A stretch of 64,000 bases of DNA from Isurus oxyrinchus (Eukaryota): assembly GCA_026770705.1 (NCBI GenBank), contig JANJGN010000189.1:186001-250000 (forward strand), given 5' to 3'. A model generated the notes under the pieces. The model saw only the letters and a program-made list of their open reading frames with translations, was not told the DNA's origin and searched no databases. Within the stretch, counting starts at the first letter, position 1. Each line of letters starts with the position of its first letter. Shown here in pieces: positions 36,321-49,559 of the stretch. A program made the position numbers and the translations under genes.

Positions 36321-37739
36321 CTCTGTCTCCCTCCCTCAAATACATTCTCTCTCTCTCTCAGACACAAACACTCTCTCACACACTCACACACTTTCCCTAA
36401 AACTAACACAATCTCTCTTTCTGTCAAGCACACACTGTCTCTCACACACACACACTCTCTCTCTCAGACACACACATTCTCTCTCTCTCAAACATTTAAC
36501 ATTTCTCTTCATCTCGATCTTCTGCTGTCTCCCTCTTTCTCTCCCTCGCACACACACACACTCTCTGTCACAAACAAACTCTCTCTCCCACACACTCTCT
36601 CTCATGCACTCTCACAAGCACACTCTCTCCCTCATATACAAACACTCTCCCTCACACATGCACACACTCTCTCTATCTCTTTTTCTCTCTCACACAGTCT
36701 CTCTGTCTCTCTCTGTCTCTCAGACACTCTCTCTCTCTCTGATACAGAATGTTTTAAGACCTGCTCATGATTTCAGCTCAAAACCTAGGTAGATTCTCCC
36801 CAGTGAGGGAGTGGTGAGGGAGTGCTGCACTGTCAGAGGATCAGTACTGAGGGCGTGCTGCACTGTCAGAGGGTAAGTACTGAGGTAGTGCTGCACTGTC
36901 AGAGGATCAGTACTGAACACAATGTCCATTCAGAACAGCTCGGTCCCCGATCAGAGAAACAGCCTCAGACAGAACCAACTGACGCTGGAATCCATACAAT
37001 TCATCAACGTGTTGGGAGTTAGTTTGATGTCGGAGATGGAGTGTTACTGGGAAGGATGGAAGCCGTCAGGATGAACAGCTCGATGTACGACAAGGAAAGG
37101 ATGAGCTAAGAGGGGTTGGTCACGGACAGACGGAGCGTGTGAAGACTCAACAAGCTAATGGCAGGTGAAGAGCTGGAAAGGTGTCTTTTCAACACAAGGT
37201 TTAGACACAGAACTCGATGTTTGATTGGGTATTTCAAACCAGAGAAACTCTTTACAGGGTGAATGGACCTTGTCAATAATCCATCCAGCCAACCTCGCCT
37301 GGAGATTAGTCCAATATTAGACACTAAACCGAGTCCCCCGTCTGCCCTCTCGGGCGGGTGTGAAAGATCCCACAACCACTATTTGGAGGAAGAGCAGGGG
37401 GGAGATCTCCCCGGTGTCCTGGGACCAATATTTATCCCACAACCAACATCACCAAAAACAGATGATCACATTGCTGTTTGTGGGAGCTTGCTGTGCGCTA
37501 ATTGGCTGCTGCGTTTCCTACATTACAACAGTAACCACACTTCGAAAAAAGGGTGTACTCAACTGTAAAGTGTTCTGGGACATCCAGAGACCATGCTGTA
37601 CAGAAGAGATTTGACAGGAGCAGCAAGTGTTTTACTTACAGGAGAATGAGTCCCCAGGGTTGTAGAGTCAATCCTGTCAGATGAATGTCTAACTGGAGAC
37701 ACTTCAGGGAGCTGATCTCATTCTGGAAATGTTCAGTTT

Positions 37740-37960
37740 ACCAGGATCGGAGGAGAGATGATCTTCCTCTCCTGACTGCATCGGACACGAGGTGAACTGG
37801 CTCTGGGAGGAGGGTCAGTGTTAACCCAGTTTTTCTGTGTTTGAGGGAGATGTGAAACTGGGGAAGTCACGTGGTTTTTTGGTGTGGTCACTCCATGTCT
37901 TTATTTGGTGCAGCACTCATTTAGTTCATGTCGTTGTTTCAATGCTACAAAACCACAGCG
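37740..37960 (-). promoter_or_regulatory. Putative promoter/5' non-coding exon of gene C (mirror at ~53470-53685 for gene D)
   Basis: Clustered GGGGAAGT (PU.1/ETS), CACGTG (E-box) and TGTGGT (RUNX) motifs followed by a donor-like CCTG|gtaaac; motif-level inference only. Confidence 0.35.
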
Positions 37961-39190
37961 CATTCTGGACTATTTCTGCCTGACCTGCTGTCAGATACAC
38001 GCAGTCTGACAGAGAGGCGGAAAAGTGGTCCCTAGCAACGTGTGAAACTGTAAACTCGGCTCAGTCAGAATGCACACGCAGACACACACACACACGTACA
38101 CACATTTTCTCTTGTTCATTCTTTTAAACACACACACTCCCTCTCAAATACACACACCCTCTCTCGCACACTCCTTCTCTCAAACACATACACCCTCTCT
38201 CTCAAACACACACACACACACGCTCTCACGCACACGCTCTCTCACATACACACTCTCTCTTTCACACACACACTATCTAACACCCACAGATTCTCTCTCT
38301 TTCTTTCTCTCTCACACATAAGCTCTCTCTCTAACACAAACATTCCCTTTCTCTCACACACACTCTCTCTCTCACACAATTCAGCTACCTCACTCTCTCA
38401 TGCGTACACACTCTACCTCTCTTTTGCTCTCTCACACATTTTCTCTTTCTCTCTATCCTTCTCTCTCGCACACATACGCACTGTCACTCTCTCACACACA
38501 CATTGTCTCTCTTTCTCACACACGCACTCACTCTCTCTCTCTCTCTCTCCAAGACAGCAGGTTGGGGTTTTCAAACCATCTCAAGGTTACAGCTCAAAAC
38601 CCAGATGGACTCTCCCCAGTGAGGGAGTGCTGAGGGAGTGCTGCACTGTTGGAGGGTCAATATTGAGGGAGTGCTGCACTGTCAGAGGGTCAGTACTGAG
38701 GGAAACCCTGCTCTATCAAAGGGTCAGTACTGAGGCAGTGCTGAACTGTCAGAGGGTCAGTACTTAGGGAGTGCTGCACTGTCAGAGGGTCAGTACTGAG
38801 GGAGTGCTGCACTGTCAGAGGGTCAGTACTGAGGGAGTGCTGCACTGTTGGAGTGTTAGCACTGAGGGAGTGCTGCACTTCCAGAGGGTCAATACTGAAG
38901 GAGTGCTGCACTCTCAAAGCGTCAATGCTGAGGGAGTGCTGCACTGTCAGAGGGTGGACACTGAGGGAATGCTGCTCTGTCAGACCTGCCATATTTCAGA
39001 TGATGTTTGAAATTAGCAACATGCCTCATGTATAATTATATATCATCAACTCAAAATAAATAGATTATTCCTGTACATTTCACTTTACTGTAAATTGTTT
39101 GCAGTTTCATCTCCTTAGAAGCCAGGCTTGTGTGATCACTATTTTTAAATAACGTTAATAATAAAGATGCGACAATCCACATGCACACAT

Positions 39191-39232
<42 letters not shown>

Positions 39233-39935
39233 ATGTGTAGGCACATACATGCACATTTACACACAGTCATACACGTGCAAAAACCTACACAGAAACATAC
39301 ACACACTCAACTCACACACACACACTCACACGTGCACACACATACACATACACATGTACACACATTCACTTATGCACAGAAATATACACAAAGACACACG
39401 CACATTTGCGCAAACACATACACACATGCACACACAGACACATGCATGCATACTCACACAAACATACTCACATATGTAGAAACACAAACACATACACATA
39501 AACACGCGTGAGGTCCCTCTCCTCTCTCAGGGCTGCACTGGAGTCTCGGTGTCAGCTCCGATTCTGTGTTGAAGGAAGGTAAACTCCAGATCAACAAGAC
39601 CCTGAACTGGATGAGCAACCTCCTGAACAGAGAATTGTAGATTTACCCCTCAGTGCTCCATCGATCAAATACAATTCATTCCCGTAAATCCCTTGGCAAA
39701 ATCCTGAGGATGTGAAAGTTTCTTTCATTCTAGGTGAACAGCACCTCTACTGGTGGGAGAATGTAACTGTAGTTTGACTGTTTACATCGGCAGTGCCCAT
39801 TATAAATTTGACAGTGGAAGTTATATGGAGGGAAGGTATCTGGAAATGCATACAGACATCAGATACACAGAGATGATGCATGGAGTCTTGCTGTGCACGC
39901 TGCTTGCTCACATTAAACACTTGATTTGTTCTTAG

Positions 39936-40217
39936 ATGCTCCACAGAATCTCACATTTACTTCTCTTGAAATGATTAATGCTTCATCGATCAATATAATT
40001 GAGGGGAATTCTGCAGTGATAATCTGCTCTGTCGAGAGCTTCCCAGCTTCTAACCTGACGTGGCGACATCTTAATGTCCCAATGAACAGAACAAGTTCCA
40101 ACAATGAGCTGTGGTTGGTGATTCCTCACGTTACATCCAGGGACACTGGAGACTATCAGTGTGTGGCAGAGAATGAACATGGAGCAGTGGAGGGGTTCAT
40201 AACCATCACTGTGGAAT
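39936..40217 (+). CDS. Gene B Ig repeat exon 1
   Basis: 282 nt, ttag/gtgagt, open frame. Confidence 0.85.
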
Positions 40218-40969
40218 GTGAGTGTACACAGACTTCAACATCTCTCACACACACACTCACACATGCAAAAACACTCATGTGTAGACACAAACATGCACGC
40301 TTACACACAAACATACGTTCAAACACATACACAGAAACACACACAAACTCAACTCANNNNNNNNNNNNNNNNNNNNNNNNNNNNNNNNNNNNNNNNNNNN
40401 NNNNNNNNNNNNNNNNNNNNNNNNNNNNNNNNNNNNNNNNNNNNNNNNNNNNNNNNNNNNNNNNNNNNNNNNNNNNNNNNNNNNNAGACACGCGCATACA
40501 CACAAATACAAACTCACGTGCAGAAGTACACACACAAGTGTGAGCTCCCTCTCCTCTCTCAGTTCTGCACTGGAGTCATGGTATCAGCTCCCATTCTGTG
40601 CTGAAGGAAGGTAAACTCCAGATCAGCAAGACCCTGAATTGGATGAGCAACCTCCTGAACAGAGAAATGTAGATTTAGCCCTCAGTGCTCCATCGATCAA
40701 ATACAATTCATTGCCTATCAAGCCCTTGGGGACATCTTGAGAGTGTTAAAGGATGTTTCTTTCATTCTAGAGGGTTAGCAACTCTACTGGTGGGAGGAAG
40801 CAACTGCAGTGTGACAGTTTACATAGGAAGTGTCCATTATAAATATGACAGTAATTTTTCATGAGGGAAGGTACCTGGAAAAGCATTCCAACATCAGATA
40901 CAGAGAGATGATGCATGGAGTCTTGCTGTGCACTACGCTTGCTCACATTAAAATCTTTATTTCTTTTAG

Positions 40970-41250
40970 ACGCACCCAGAATCTCTCAATTAATTCTCTT
41001 GATATGATTAACGCTTCATCGATCAATATAATTGAGGGGAATTCTGCAGTGATAATCTGCTCTGTCGAGAGCTTCCCAGCTTCTAACCTGACGTGGCGAC
41101 ATCTTAATGTCCCAATGAACAGAACAAGTTCCAACAATGAGCTGTGGTTGGTGTTTCCTCACGTTACATCCAGGGACACTGGAGACTATCAGTGTGTGGC
41201 AGAGAATGAACATGGAGCAGTGGAGGGGTTCATAACCATCACTGTGGAAC
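40970..41250 (+). pseudogene. Gene B Ig repeat exon 2, frameshifted
   Basis: 281 nt; acgcacccagaat lacks one base relative to the …cca cag aat of intact copies, giving TGA at 41005-41007 in the spliced frame. Confidence 0.8.
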
Positions 41251-42059
41251 GTGANNNNNNNNNNNNNNNNNNNNNNNNNNNNNNNNNNNNNNNNNNNNNN
41301 NNNNNNNNNNNNNNNNNNNNNNNNNNNNNNNNNNNNNNNNNNNNNNNNNNNNNNNNNNNNNNNNNNNNNNNNNNNNNNNNNNCACACATGCATAATTATC
41401 CACACACAGTCATACACATACAAACACATACACAGGAAAATACACACCCATCTCAAACACACACACACATTCATGCCCACACATAGACACACACATGCAC
41501 ATACTCTCACTCATGGACAGACCTAGACACACAGACACATGCGCATGCGCACACACAGACACACGTGTGCATACACACACAAACACACTCACATGTGCAG
41601 AAACACAAACACACAGATACACACACGTGAGTTCCCTCTCCTCTCTCAGTGCCGCACTGGAGTCTTGGTATCAGCTCCGATTCTGTGTTGAAGGAAGGTA
41701 AACTCTAGATCAACAAGACCCTGAATTGGATGAGCAACCTCCTGAACAGAGAATTGTAGATTTACCCCTCAGTGCTCCATCAATCAAATACAATTCATTG
41801 CCTGTCCAGCCCTTTGCGAAATCCTGAGGATGTGAAAGCAAGCTTCTTTCATTCTAGATGGACAACACCTCTACTGGTGGGAGAATGCAACTGCAGTGTG
41901 ACAGTTTACATAGGCAGTGTCCATTAAAAATGTGGCATAAGACGTTATCCTGAGGGAAGTTACCTGGAAATGCATTCAGACATCAGATACAGAGAGATGA
42001 TGCATGGAGTCTTGCTGTGCAATAGGTTTGCTCACATTAAACATTTGATTTGTTTTTAG

Positions 42060-42341
42060 ATGCACCACAGGATCTCTCATTTACTTCGCTTAATATGATT
42101 TACGCTTCATCAATCAATATAATTGAGGGGAATTCTGCAGTGATAATCTGCTCTGTCGAGAGCTTCCCAGCTTCTAACCTGACGTGGCGACATCTTAATG
42201 TCCCAATGAACAGAACAAGTTCCAACAATGAGCTGTGGTTGATGATTCCTCACGTTACATCCAGGGACACTGGAGACTATCAGTGTGTGGCAGAGAATGA
42301 ACATGGAGCAGTGGAGGGGTTCATAACCATCACTGTGGAAC
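42060..42341 (+). CDS. Gene B Ig repeat exon 3
   Basis: 282 nt, ttag/gtgagt, open frame. Confidence 0.85.
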
Positions 42342-43158
42342 GTGAGTGTGGAGATACATTTGTTTGTTTGTTGTCTCCGTGGTCTCCGTGGAGCCATTGG
42401 GATCGTGTTGTTTTTAATCCAGTTTTCTTCAATCCTCGCTCAGTCCACGTTATCCACACATCCAATTTTTCCTCTCCCTTTCTGTTTTTGCTCTCAGTTT
42501 CTCCTTCAATGGTTGTGAGGACAAGGCTGTCAGGTCTTCGTTTCCAATCTCCATACTTGACGACCTTTCTCTCTCTAACTGTCCTGAACAACCCTTTTAA
42601 TTGCTGAACTTCTCATTCTTTAATTGATAAATATTATATATAAATGTTACATGGATTACTTTGAAATGCAACACCTGTATTCATAAATTGCTTAGAAATT
42701 ACTAAACATTCAACAGCCAGTGAAGCATTATCGAAGTGAGCACACTGTTGTAATGTAGGAAACACAGGTACTGATTTGTGCACAGCAAGATCCCGCAAAC
42801 CACCATGTGATAATGACCTGATAGTCAATTATTTCAGTGAGGTTGGTTGTTACATGTGTAGAGACTACATACCCTTTAGGGAGGGAAGCATGTCTCGATG
42901 TGGATGTGACTCCAGTCTCAGACACCAACATGGTTAACTCTGACCTGCCCTCTGAACTGGTCTCCCAGTTTGGGACAAACCAGTGGTTCAGGAGGAAGAC
43001 CCCCCACCACCTTCTCAAGGGGAAACTAGGGATGGACAATAAATGTCAGCATTGCCCGAGAATGAGTATTTAAACATTGAGTGAGTGTATCGCTTCTCGA
43101 GATACATCGGAGCATCATTGTAAACCTGTAGTGCAGTAATTAATGGCTGTTTTTACAG

Positions 43159-43255
43159 GTAGAGACTCCAGTAAATGGACAGTAGGATTATTCACGGCTG
43201 GGATCATGTTGAGTGTTTTCCTGGCTGGAATCTTCATCTTCATCTGTGTGAGAAA
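43159..43255 (+). CDS. Gene B transmembrane exon (RDSSKWTVGLFTAGIMLSVFLAGIFIFICVRK)
   Basis: ttttacag/gtaagt, phase 1 to phase 2, ~25 uncharged residues followed by a basic stop-transfer sequence. Confidence 0.9.
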
Positions 43256-44133
43256 GTAAGTCTGAAGATTTAACTTGATTTTAATATAAACATTTGCTTC
43301 AATGTTCTTTCCTTAAGTCGGTGATTGTTTCCCTTGGGATCAGCACCAGTTCCCTCTCTGTAAGTGGTCCCTGCGTCCACTCTGATCCGGAGAGAACCTT
43401 TCATTGTCCTGTATCCAGGTAAACAATCACGAGACTCAGAGATTCCTCACTCTGCACGATTACTCCTGGATAAATATTTGCTTCAATGTTCTTTCCTGAA
43501 GTCGGTGATTGTTTCCCTTGTGTTAAGCGCCAGATGCCTCTCCGTAACTGGTCTCTTTTGTCCCTTACGATCCAGACAGTGTTTTTCATTGCCCGTTATC
43601 CAGATGAATAATAATCAGTTGCTGTGATCTGGAAGGTTCTGCCTGAAAGGGCGGTGGAAGCAGATTCAATAGGAACTTTCAAAAAGGGAATTGGATAAAT
43701 ACTTGAAGGGGGAACATTTGAAAGGCTATGGGGGGAAGAGCAGGGGTGGAGGGGGGGTCAAAGATATGGCGTGTTATTATAATGATATTATACCTTAGGC
43801 TTATTTACTGTACAAGAAACAAAGCACCAATCGCTCACAGGGATTGGGTGAGAATGTTATGGGCTCGTTAATCAAGACTCGGCACGAGAACAGTTATACA
43901 TACGGATAAAGATTGAAGGCATCAGAGCTGTGTGTGTGTGTTCTGCTCAAAGCAAAAGTGAAACTAATATTGGATCACAGGACACACTTCCATTATAGTG
44001 ATTTCACGCTGATACCCCTTATTGGAACTAGAGACAGTCCAGTCGTTGGTGTAAGGTTACAGTGGGCTCTGTGTCTGTGCTGCACTGACTCTCTGCTATA
44101 TGATAACCACAGTGTGATATTGTGTTATTGCAG

Positions 44134-44215
44134 GAGAAAGACAGCGATGGAGGAGAGAGTTTCAGGGACCAGTGACATTGCATTGACCCCCAGTCCACTC
44201 TCTGTGAAACACCAG
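44134..44215 (+). CDS. Gene B cytoplasmic exon 1
   Basis: 82 nt, phase 2 to 0, in frame with the TM and last exons. Confidence 0.85.
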
Positions 44216-45396
44216 GTACAGGAGCTGTTTACACACACTCCAAAGTTTCAATCTCAGTGTGTAGACAACACATGTCCCAGATTCCCAGCCAGGTTACCCA
44301 CAGATATCTACCTGTGGAGTCAGCAATGGCTCAGTAGGTAGCACTGTCTCTCGCTCCCTCCCCCTCTCTCCCTCCATCACTCGCTCTTTGACCAGAAACC
44401 TGAACACAATAATGACAAGGCACCTGATGTCAGTACTGAGGGAGTGTTGCACTGTCATAGGGTCTGTGCTGAGGGAGTGCTGGACTGTGGGAGGGTCAGT
44501 ACTGAGGGATTGCTGGACTGTCATAGGGTCTGTGCTGAGGGAGTGCTGGACAGTCAGAAGGTCAGTACTGAGGGAGTGCTGCACTGTTGGAGGGTCAGTA
44601 CTGAGGGAGTGCTGCACTGTCAGACGGTCTGTGCTGAGGAAGTGCTGCACTGTTGGAGGGTCAGTACTGAGGGAGTGTTGCACTGTCAGAGTGTCAGTAC
44701 TGAGGGAGTGCTGTGCTGTCATAGGGTCAGTACTGAGGGAGTGCTGGACTGTCGGAGTGTCTGAACTGAGGGAGTGCTGCACTGTCGGAGGGTCAGTACT
44801 CAGGGAGTGCTGCACTGTCGGATGGTCAGTACTGAGGACAGTACTGAGCGAGTGCTGCACTGTCGAAGAGTCCATTTTCCAGGGGTGCTACCCTCTCGAA
44901 GGGGCAGTTCCGAGGGAGTGCTGCACTGTCAGGAGTCAGCACTGAGAGAACATTGCAGTGTTCGAGGTGCCTCTTTCAGAATAGTTGTATAATGCTGACC
45001 ATGTTTACCATCTTATCTGGTCCCACGGCCACATTTCCAACACTGTAGTAGTGTCGCCCTTCAATAAAATTCCTTCATTGGCGTGAGGTTCTTTGTGTGT
45101 CTGTGTTTGTGAATAATGGGGCACAAATCTCATGATTGGGATGGTAACATAGGACTTCAAGACTCAGGTCTGCGATAGCGAGAGAGATTACATGATAAAT
45201 AGAGCGAGAAAGCAAGAGAGAGAGAGAGAAAGAGAGACAGAGAAAGAGATTGAAAAAAAGGAGACAGAGAAAGAGAGTGAAAAAGAGGGTTAAACCCATT
45301 GAGACACGACTGACACTAACGAGGCTGCAGAATAACTTAACCCTATCAGTGCCAGTAAATGATGTGAGGATGTCTTCTGTTTCTATTTCTCTGTAG

Positions 45397-45645
45397 GGTA
45401 AACAGAACGTGCTGATTACTGAGCCCCGGAACACAACCAGAGACACAACTAGTGAGGGGGAGACCCCAGCTCCCCGGGGTCTCTCTGAAGGTCCAGTGGG
45501 AGGCGATGTTGGACATGGGAACCCCGACAATACCGACGAGCTTCTCTATGCCAACATCAACTTTTCAAAGCTGCCCAGCGGTGACAGGACTGTGCACAGG
45601 AGCGAGGACACGGAATACGCACAGATCAGGTTCCAGAAAAACTGA
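45397..45645 (+). CDS. Gene B terminal exon with ITIM (LLYANI) and ITSM-like motif (TEYAQI)
   Basis: Acceptor ctgtag; motifs match (I/L/V)xYxx(L/V/I) and TxYxx(I/V); TGA at 45643-45645. Confidence 0.9.
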   Translation, partial: GKQNVLITEPRNTTRDTTSEGETPAPRGLSEGPVGGDVGHGNPDNTDELLYANINFSKLPSGDRTVHRSEDTEYAQIRFQKN

Positions 45646-45834
45646 GTGTGAAACAGGGAGCGGGGCTGTGGGGTGTGTGCAGCCAACATGGCCAAATAGT
45701 AATGAACACAAATATGATGTTGCTCAACTTTTTTTTATTGGTTTTAACTGAGCTTTCTGAATGCTGCACCTTTTTCCATGCTGTAAAAGATTGTGAGAAG
45801 CTTATGAATTATGTATAATTTAACATCTGTTAAT

Positions 45835-47910
45835 ACAAGGTGAGGTGACAGTGACTGCCTTTGACATCAAGTCTGCATTTGACCGAGTGTGGCATCTAGG
45901 AGCCCGAGCAAAACTGGAGTCAATGGGTATCAGGGGTGGTACGAAAGTATAATAATTTGCTTAATATTTTCCTGGTTTGTTGTAAACTAGGTTTATGGGT
46001 GTGAGTGTAGATGGGTCTGTCTGTGTAGTTTAATTACATCTGGAGACAGGTAGACTGCAAGTTTGAGATTATCAAAAGAAGCTAGGTGTAGAAATGTACT
46101 TGAAATGCTAATGAGAACACATGGAGGCTGCCTTAGCATGTAAGGTGTGAAGGGGCTGTTTAGATTTCAAAGGGATGTTGGTCTGTTTAGGACAAGCCCA
46201 ATAAGCAAAGCTAAGGAGTTTTTTTTTAATTTTACCCAAACTTCATTGACAATATTGGCAACATGAAAGTTTATATTATGGGAAAGGTACAGTTCCAAAG
46301 AATTTACACATCAAAGAGAGAGAAACATGTATAAAGGAGAATGAAAGGCTATGTTGGGGGCCATGTAAGATCTAACAGGAGTGTGTGAAACAGGCTTGAA
46401 GAAGCCTCCAGGCATTTGTGCATAAGTCTGTTATGTTCAGTAAATAAAGTTGGAGAAATCCATTTAGAATTCCAGTGTCAAGTGTGTGCTGTGTTAACTC
46501 GCTGGATTTGTTTTTAATCTAAAATCTTATTTTGGACTGTTGCCTTAAACAGGCTCTGTAACTGGGAGTCAGGTTAATTAGGAATTTGAGAATATATTTT
46601 AGCTGTAACTAACCGTGGTATTATGTCTGTGCTTGAAATCTTTTATTTTGTTAATAAATATCTTAATTGAATTTTTAAAATCTCTAAAGGTTGTGGTCAT
46701 CTCATTACTCCTGAATTCAGTGCACGCTTCTTGTAATAAATACAAATTGCAAAACTATTGTGATAGCTTGAACAATTTTCCCTTGTGGATTTGGAGCACC
46801 AAGCACACATCATCTGCCATGTCATGTCACAGGGAAAACTCTCCACTCGTTGGATTCATACCAAGTACAAAGGAAGGTGGTTGTGCTTGTTGGAGGTCAG
46901 TCATCTCAGTTCCAGGACATCACTGCAGGAGTTGCTCAGTGTAGTGTCCTAGGCCCAACCATCTTCAGCTGCTTCATCAATGACATTCATTCTATCAGAT
47001 GGTCAGAATTATGGAAGGTCGCTGTTGATTGCACAACGTTCAACATCATTCATGACTCATCAGATGCTGAAGCAGTCCATGTCCAAATGCAGCAAGACCT
47101 GGACAATATCCAGGCTTGGCCTGACAAGTGGCAAGTAACATTCATGCCACACAAGTGCCAGGCAATGACCATTTCCAACCAGAGAGAATATATCCATCTC
47201 CCCTTAATGTCCAATAGCATCACCATTGCTGAATCCCACACTATCAACACTCTGGGGGTTACCAATGACTAGAAACTGAACTGTACTAGCCATATAAACA
47301 CTGTGACTATAAGAGCAGGCCAGAGCCTGGGAATCCTGTGGTGAGTAACTCACCTCCTGACTCCCCAAAGCCTGTCCACCAACCTCAAGGCACAGGTCAG
47401 AAGTGATGGAATACTCTCCACTTTCCTAGATGAGTGCAGCTCCAACAACACTCAAGAAGCTCGACACCGTCCAGGACAAAGCAGCCCCGCTTGATTTGCG
47501 CCCCATCCACAAACATTCTCTCCCTCTACAACTGACGCACAGTGGCAGCAGTGTGTGTACCATCTACAAGATGCAATGCAGGGAGTCACCAAGCCTCCTT
47601 AGACAGCACCTTCCAAACACATGATCACTACCATCTCGAAGGACAAGGGCAGCAGACACATGGGAACACCACCACCTGGAAGTTCCCCTCCAAGTCACTC
47701 ACCATCCTGACTTGCAAATATATCACCGTTCCTTCACTGTCGCTGGGTCAGAATCCTGCAACTCCCTCCCAAACAGTTCTGTGGGTGTACATACACCACA
47801 GGGACTGCAGCAGCTCAGGAAGGCAGCTCACCCCCATATTCTCAAGGACAATTAGGGATGGGCAATAAATTCTGGCCTCGCCAGTGACAGTGAATGAATA
47901 AAAAAAAGAA
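45835..47910 (+). mobile_element. CR1-like LINE RT and 3' end (split by the LTR)
   Basis: AGVAQCSVLGPTIFSCFINDI…QQDLDNIQAWPDKWQVTF…KCQAM; A-rich tail at ~47900. Confidence 0.85.
45937..46831 (+). mobile_element. Solo LTR inserted into a LINE
   Basis: TG…CA termini with gggg/ggga flanks; LINE sequence is continuous across it; internal TATAAA and AATAAA. Confidence 0.7.
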
Positions 47911-49559
47911 GCAATTAAAATGCCCTGACATTTCTGTACAGTTTTATCAAATTAAATACGTACTCTAGTGAATAATTTCATTCTCCAAGGCACCACTTCC
48001 TGTTGTCACATGCCCTTCTGATTATTTAAATTCCTGTGTCATTGGTAATGGAACATTCCCATGTAAACATGTCACACTGTAATTACAGCCTCCTACCAGT
48101 GGTGGTGCTTTAGTGTCCTAGTTTTGCTTCTCAGAGACTGGAGGAGCTGGAAACGTTGTGTTTACAATATAAGTAACACTCAGGAGTGACCAGGGGGATT
48201 CTTTTGGCCAAGTTTACGATGTTGCTAAGATACAATGGCCCCGTAGGATTTTTCCTACTGCGTTTACAAGGTTGAATTGAAGAGATTTTTGAAGTGTCTG
48301 GCACAGTTTTATTAAGGTCCCCTCACATCCAATCTGATGTCACTGGGTTCAGTTCTGGGTCCAGCAGCTTAGGAAGGATATATTGTCCTTGGAGGGGGTG
48401 CTGTGCAGAGTCACCAGAATGATCCCGGGGCTGAAAGGGTTAAATCCCGAGGACAGGTTGCACAGACCAGGCTTGTGTTCCCTCGAGTCTCGAAGATTAA
48501 GGGGTGATCTAATCGAGGGGTTTAAGATGAGCCGTCTCTGTGACCTGCTTCAACCCTGTGAGTCAGCAATGACAACATGAGTTGATGTTAGCCTGATATG
48601 TAGTGCATGGAGGGATATTACTCTCCAGGGTGTGTGTGCATCACAGTGCTCATTCACATGTGTTCCATGTGCACCTACATCAGCTGTGTAGACATACAAG
48701 CCTCAATGCTGCATCCGCGGAATGTACCATGTCTCACACCTTAGCTGCAGCACGACCCTTCCCTTGGAGCTCTGTGTGCTCGAGACATATTTTGTTATTT
48801 TTTCCTGCCGTCTCTGTGTCCCCCGACCCGGGAGTGAAAATCCGGCCTTAACTTCCACTTTCTAGTGTCTGAGACAAGAGGCAATGAGTGAGTGGGCTGA
48901 CGGTCAGGATTAATGCTGTTAATCTGTGTTTGAGGGGCTGTGAATTCTCGGGGGACTAGTTACTCTCTGAGCAGCAGCTTCCAAATCCTTATTTGATGCC
49001 GTGCATGTGGGGTTGGAAGATTTTTTTTAAAACCACAGGCAGTTCACAGAAACCCACAGGAAACCCACAGAGAGACAGTCACTGAGAAAGTCACTCACTC
49101 CTTGTGGTTTCACCTTTTAACCACATCCTGTCTGTGTGGCTTAAATGTTAAACACAGTGGCCACACTCAGGGAGGTTTCACTCTGTNNNNNNNNNNNNNN
49201 NNNNNNNNNNNNNNNNNNNNNNNNNNNNNNNNNNNNNNNNNNNNNNNNNNNNNNNNNNNNNNNNNNNNNNNNNNNNNNNNNNNNNNNNNNNNNNNNNNNN
49301 NNNNNNNNNNNNNNNNNNNNNNNNNNNNNNNNNNNNNNNNNNNNNNNNNNNNNNNNNNNNNNNNNNNNNNNNNNNNNNNNNNNNNNNNNNNNNNNNNNNN
49401 NNNNNNNNNNNNNNNNNNNNNNNNNNNNNNCAGACAGACACAAACACACACATTCACACACACACACACACATTCACTCACACACATTCACTCACACACT
49501 CACTCACACACAAACACACACACAAAGACAATATCCCAATGACAACAAACTGCGATTAA

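Larger units (their letters stand above)
26570..39200. repeat. Left arm of a large inverted segmental duplication
   Basis: Reverse complement of ~51890-64000 (position 64000 maps to 26570; 39121-39200 maps to ~51925-52005); mirrored ORFs throughout the track. Confidence 0.95.
39936..45645 (+). pseudogene. Gene B: 5'-truncated inverted copy of the gene A-type receptor (3 Ig exons, TM, ITIM/ITSM tail); no leader or V exon upstream
   Basis: Exons 39936-40217, 40970-41250 (1-nt deletion), 42060-42341, 43159-43255, 44134-44215, 45397-45645; homology to gene A begins in a CA tract at ~39190. Confidence 0.75.
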
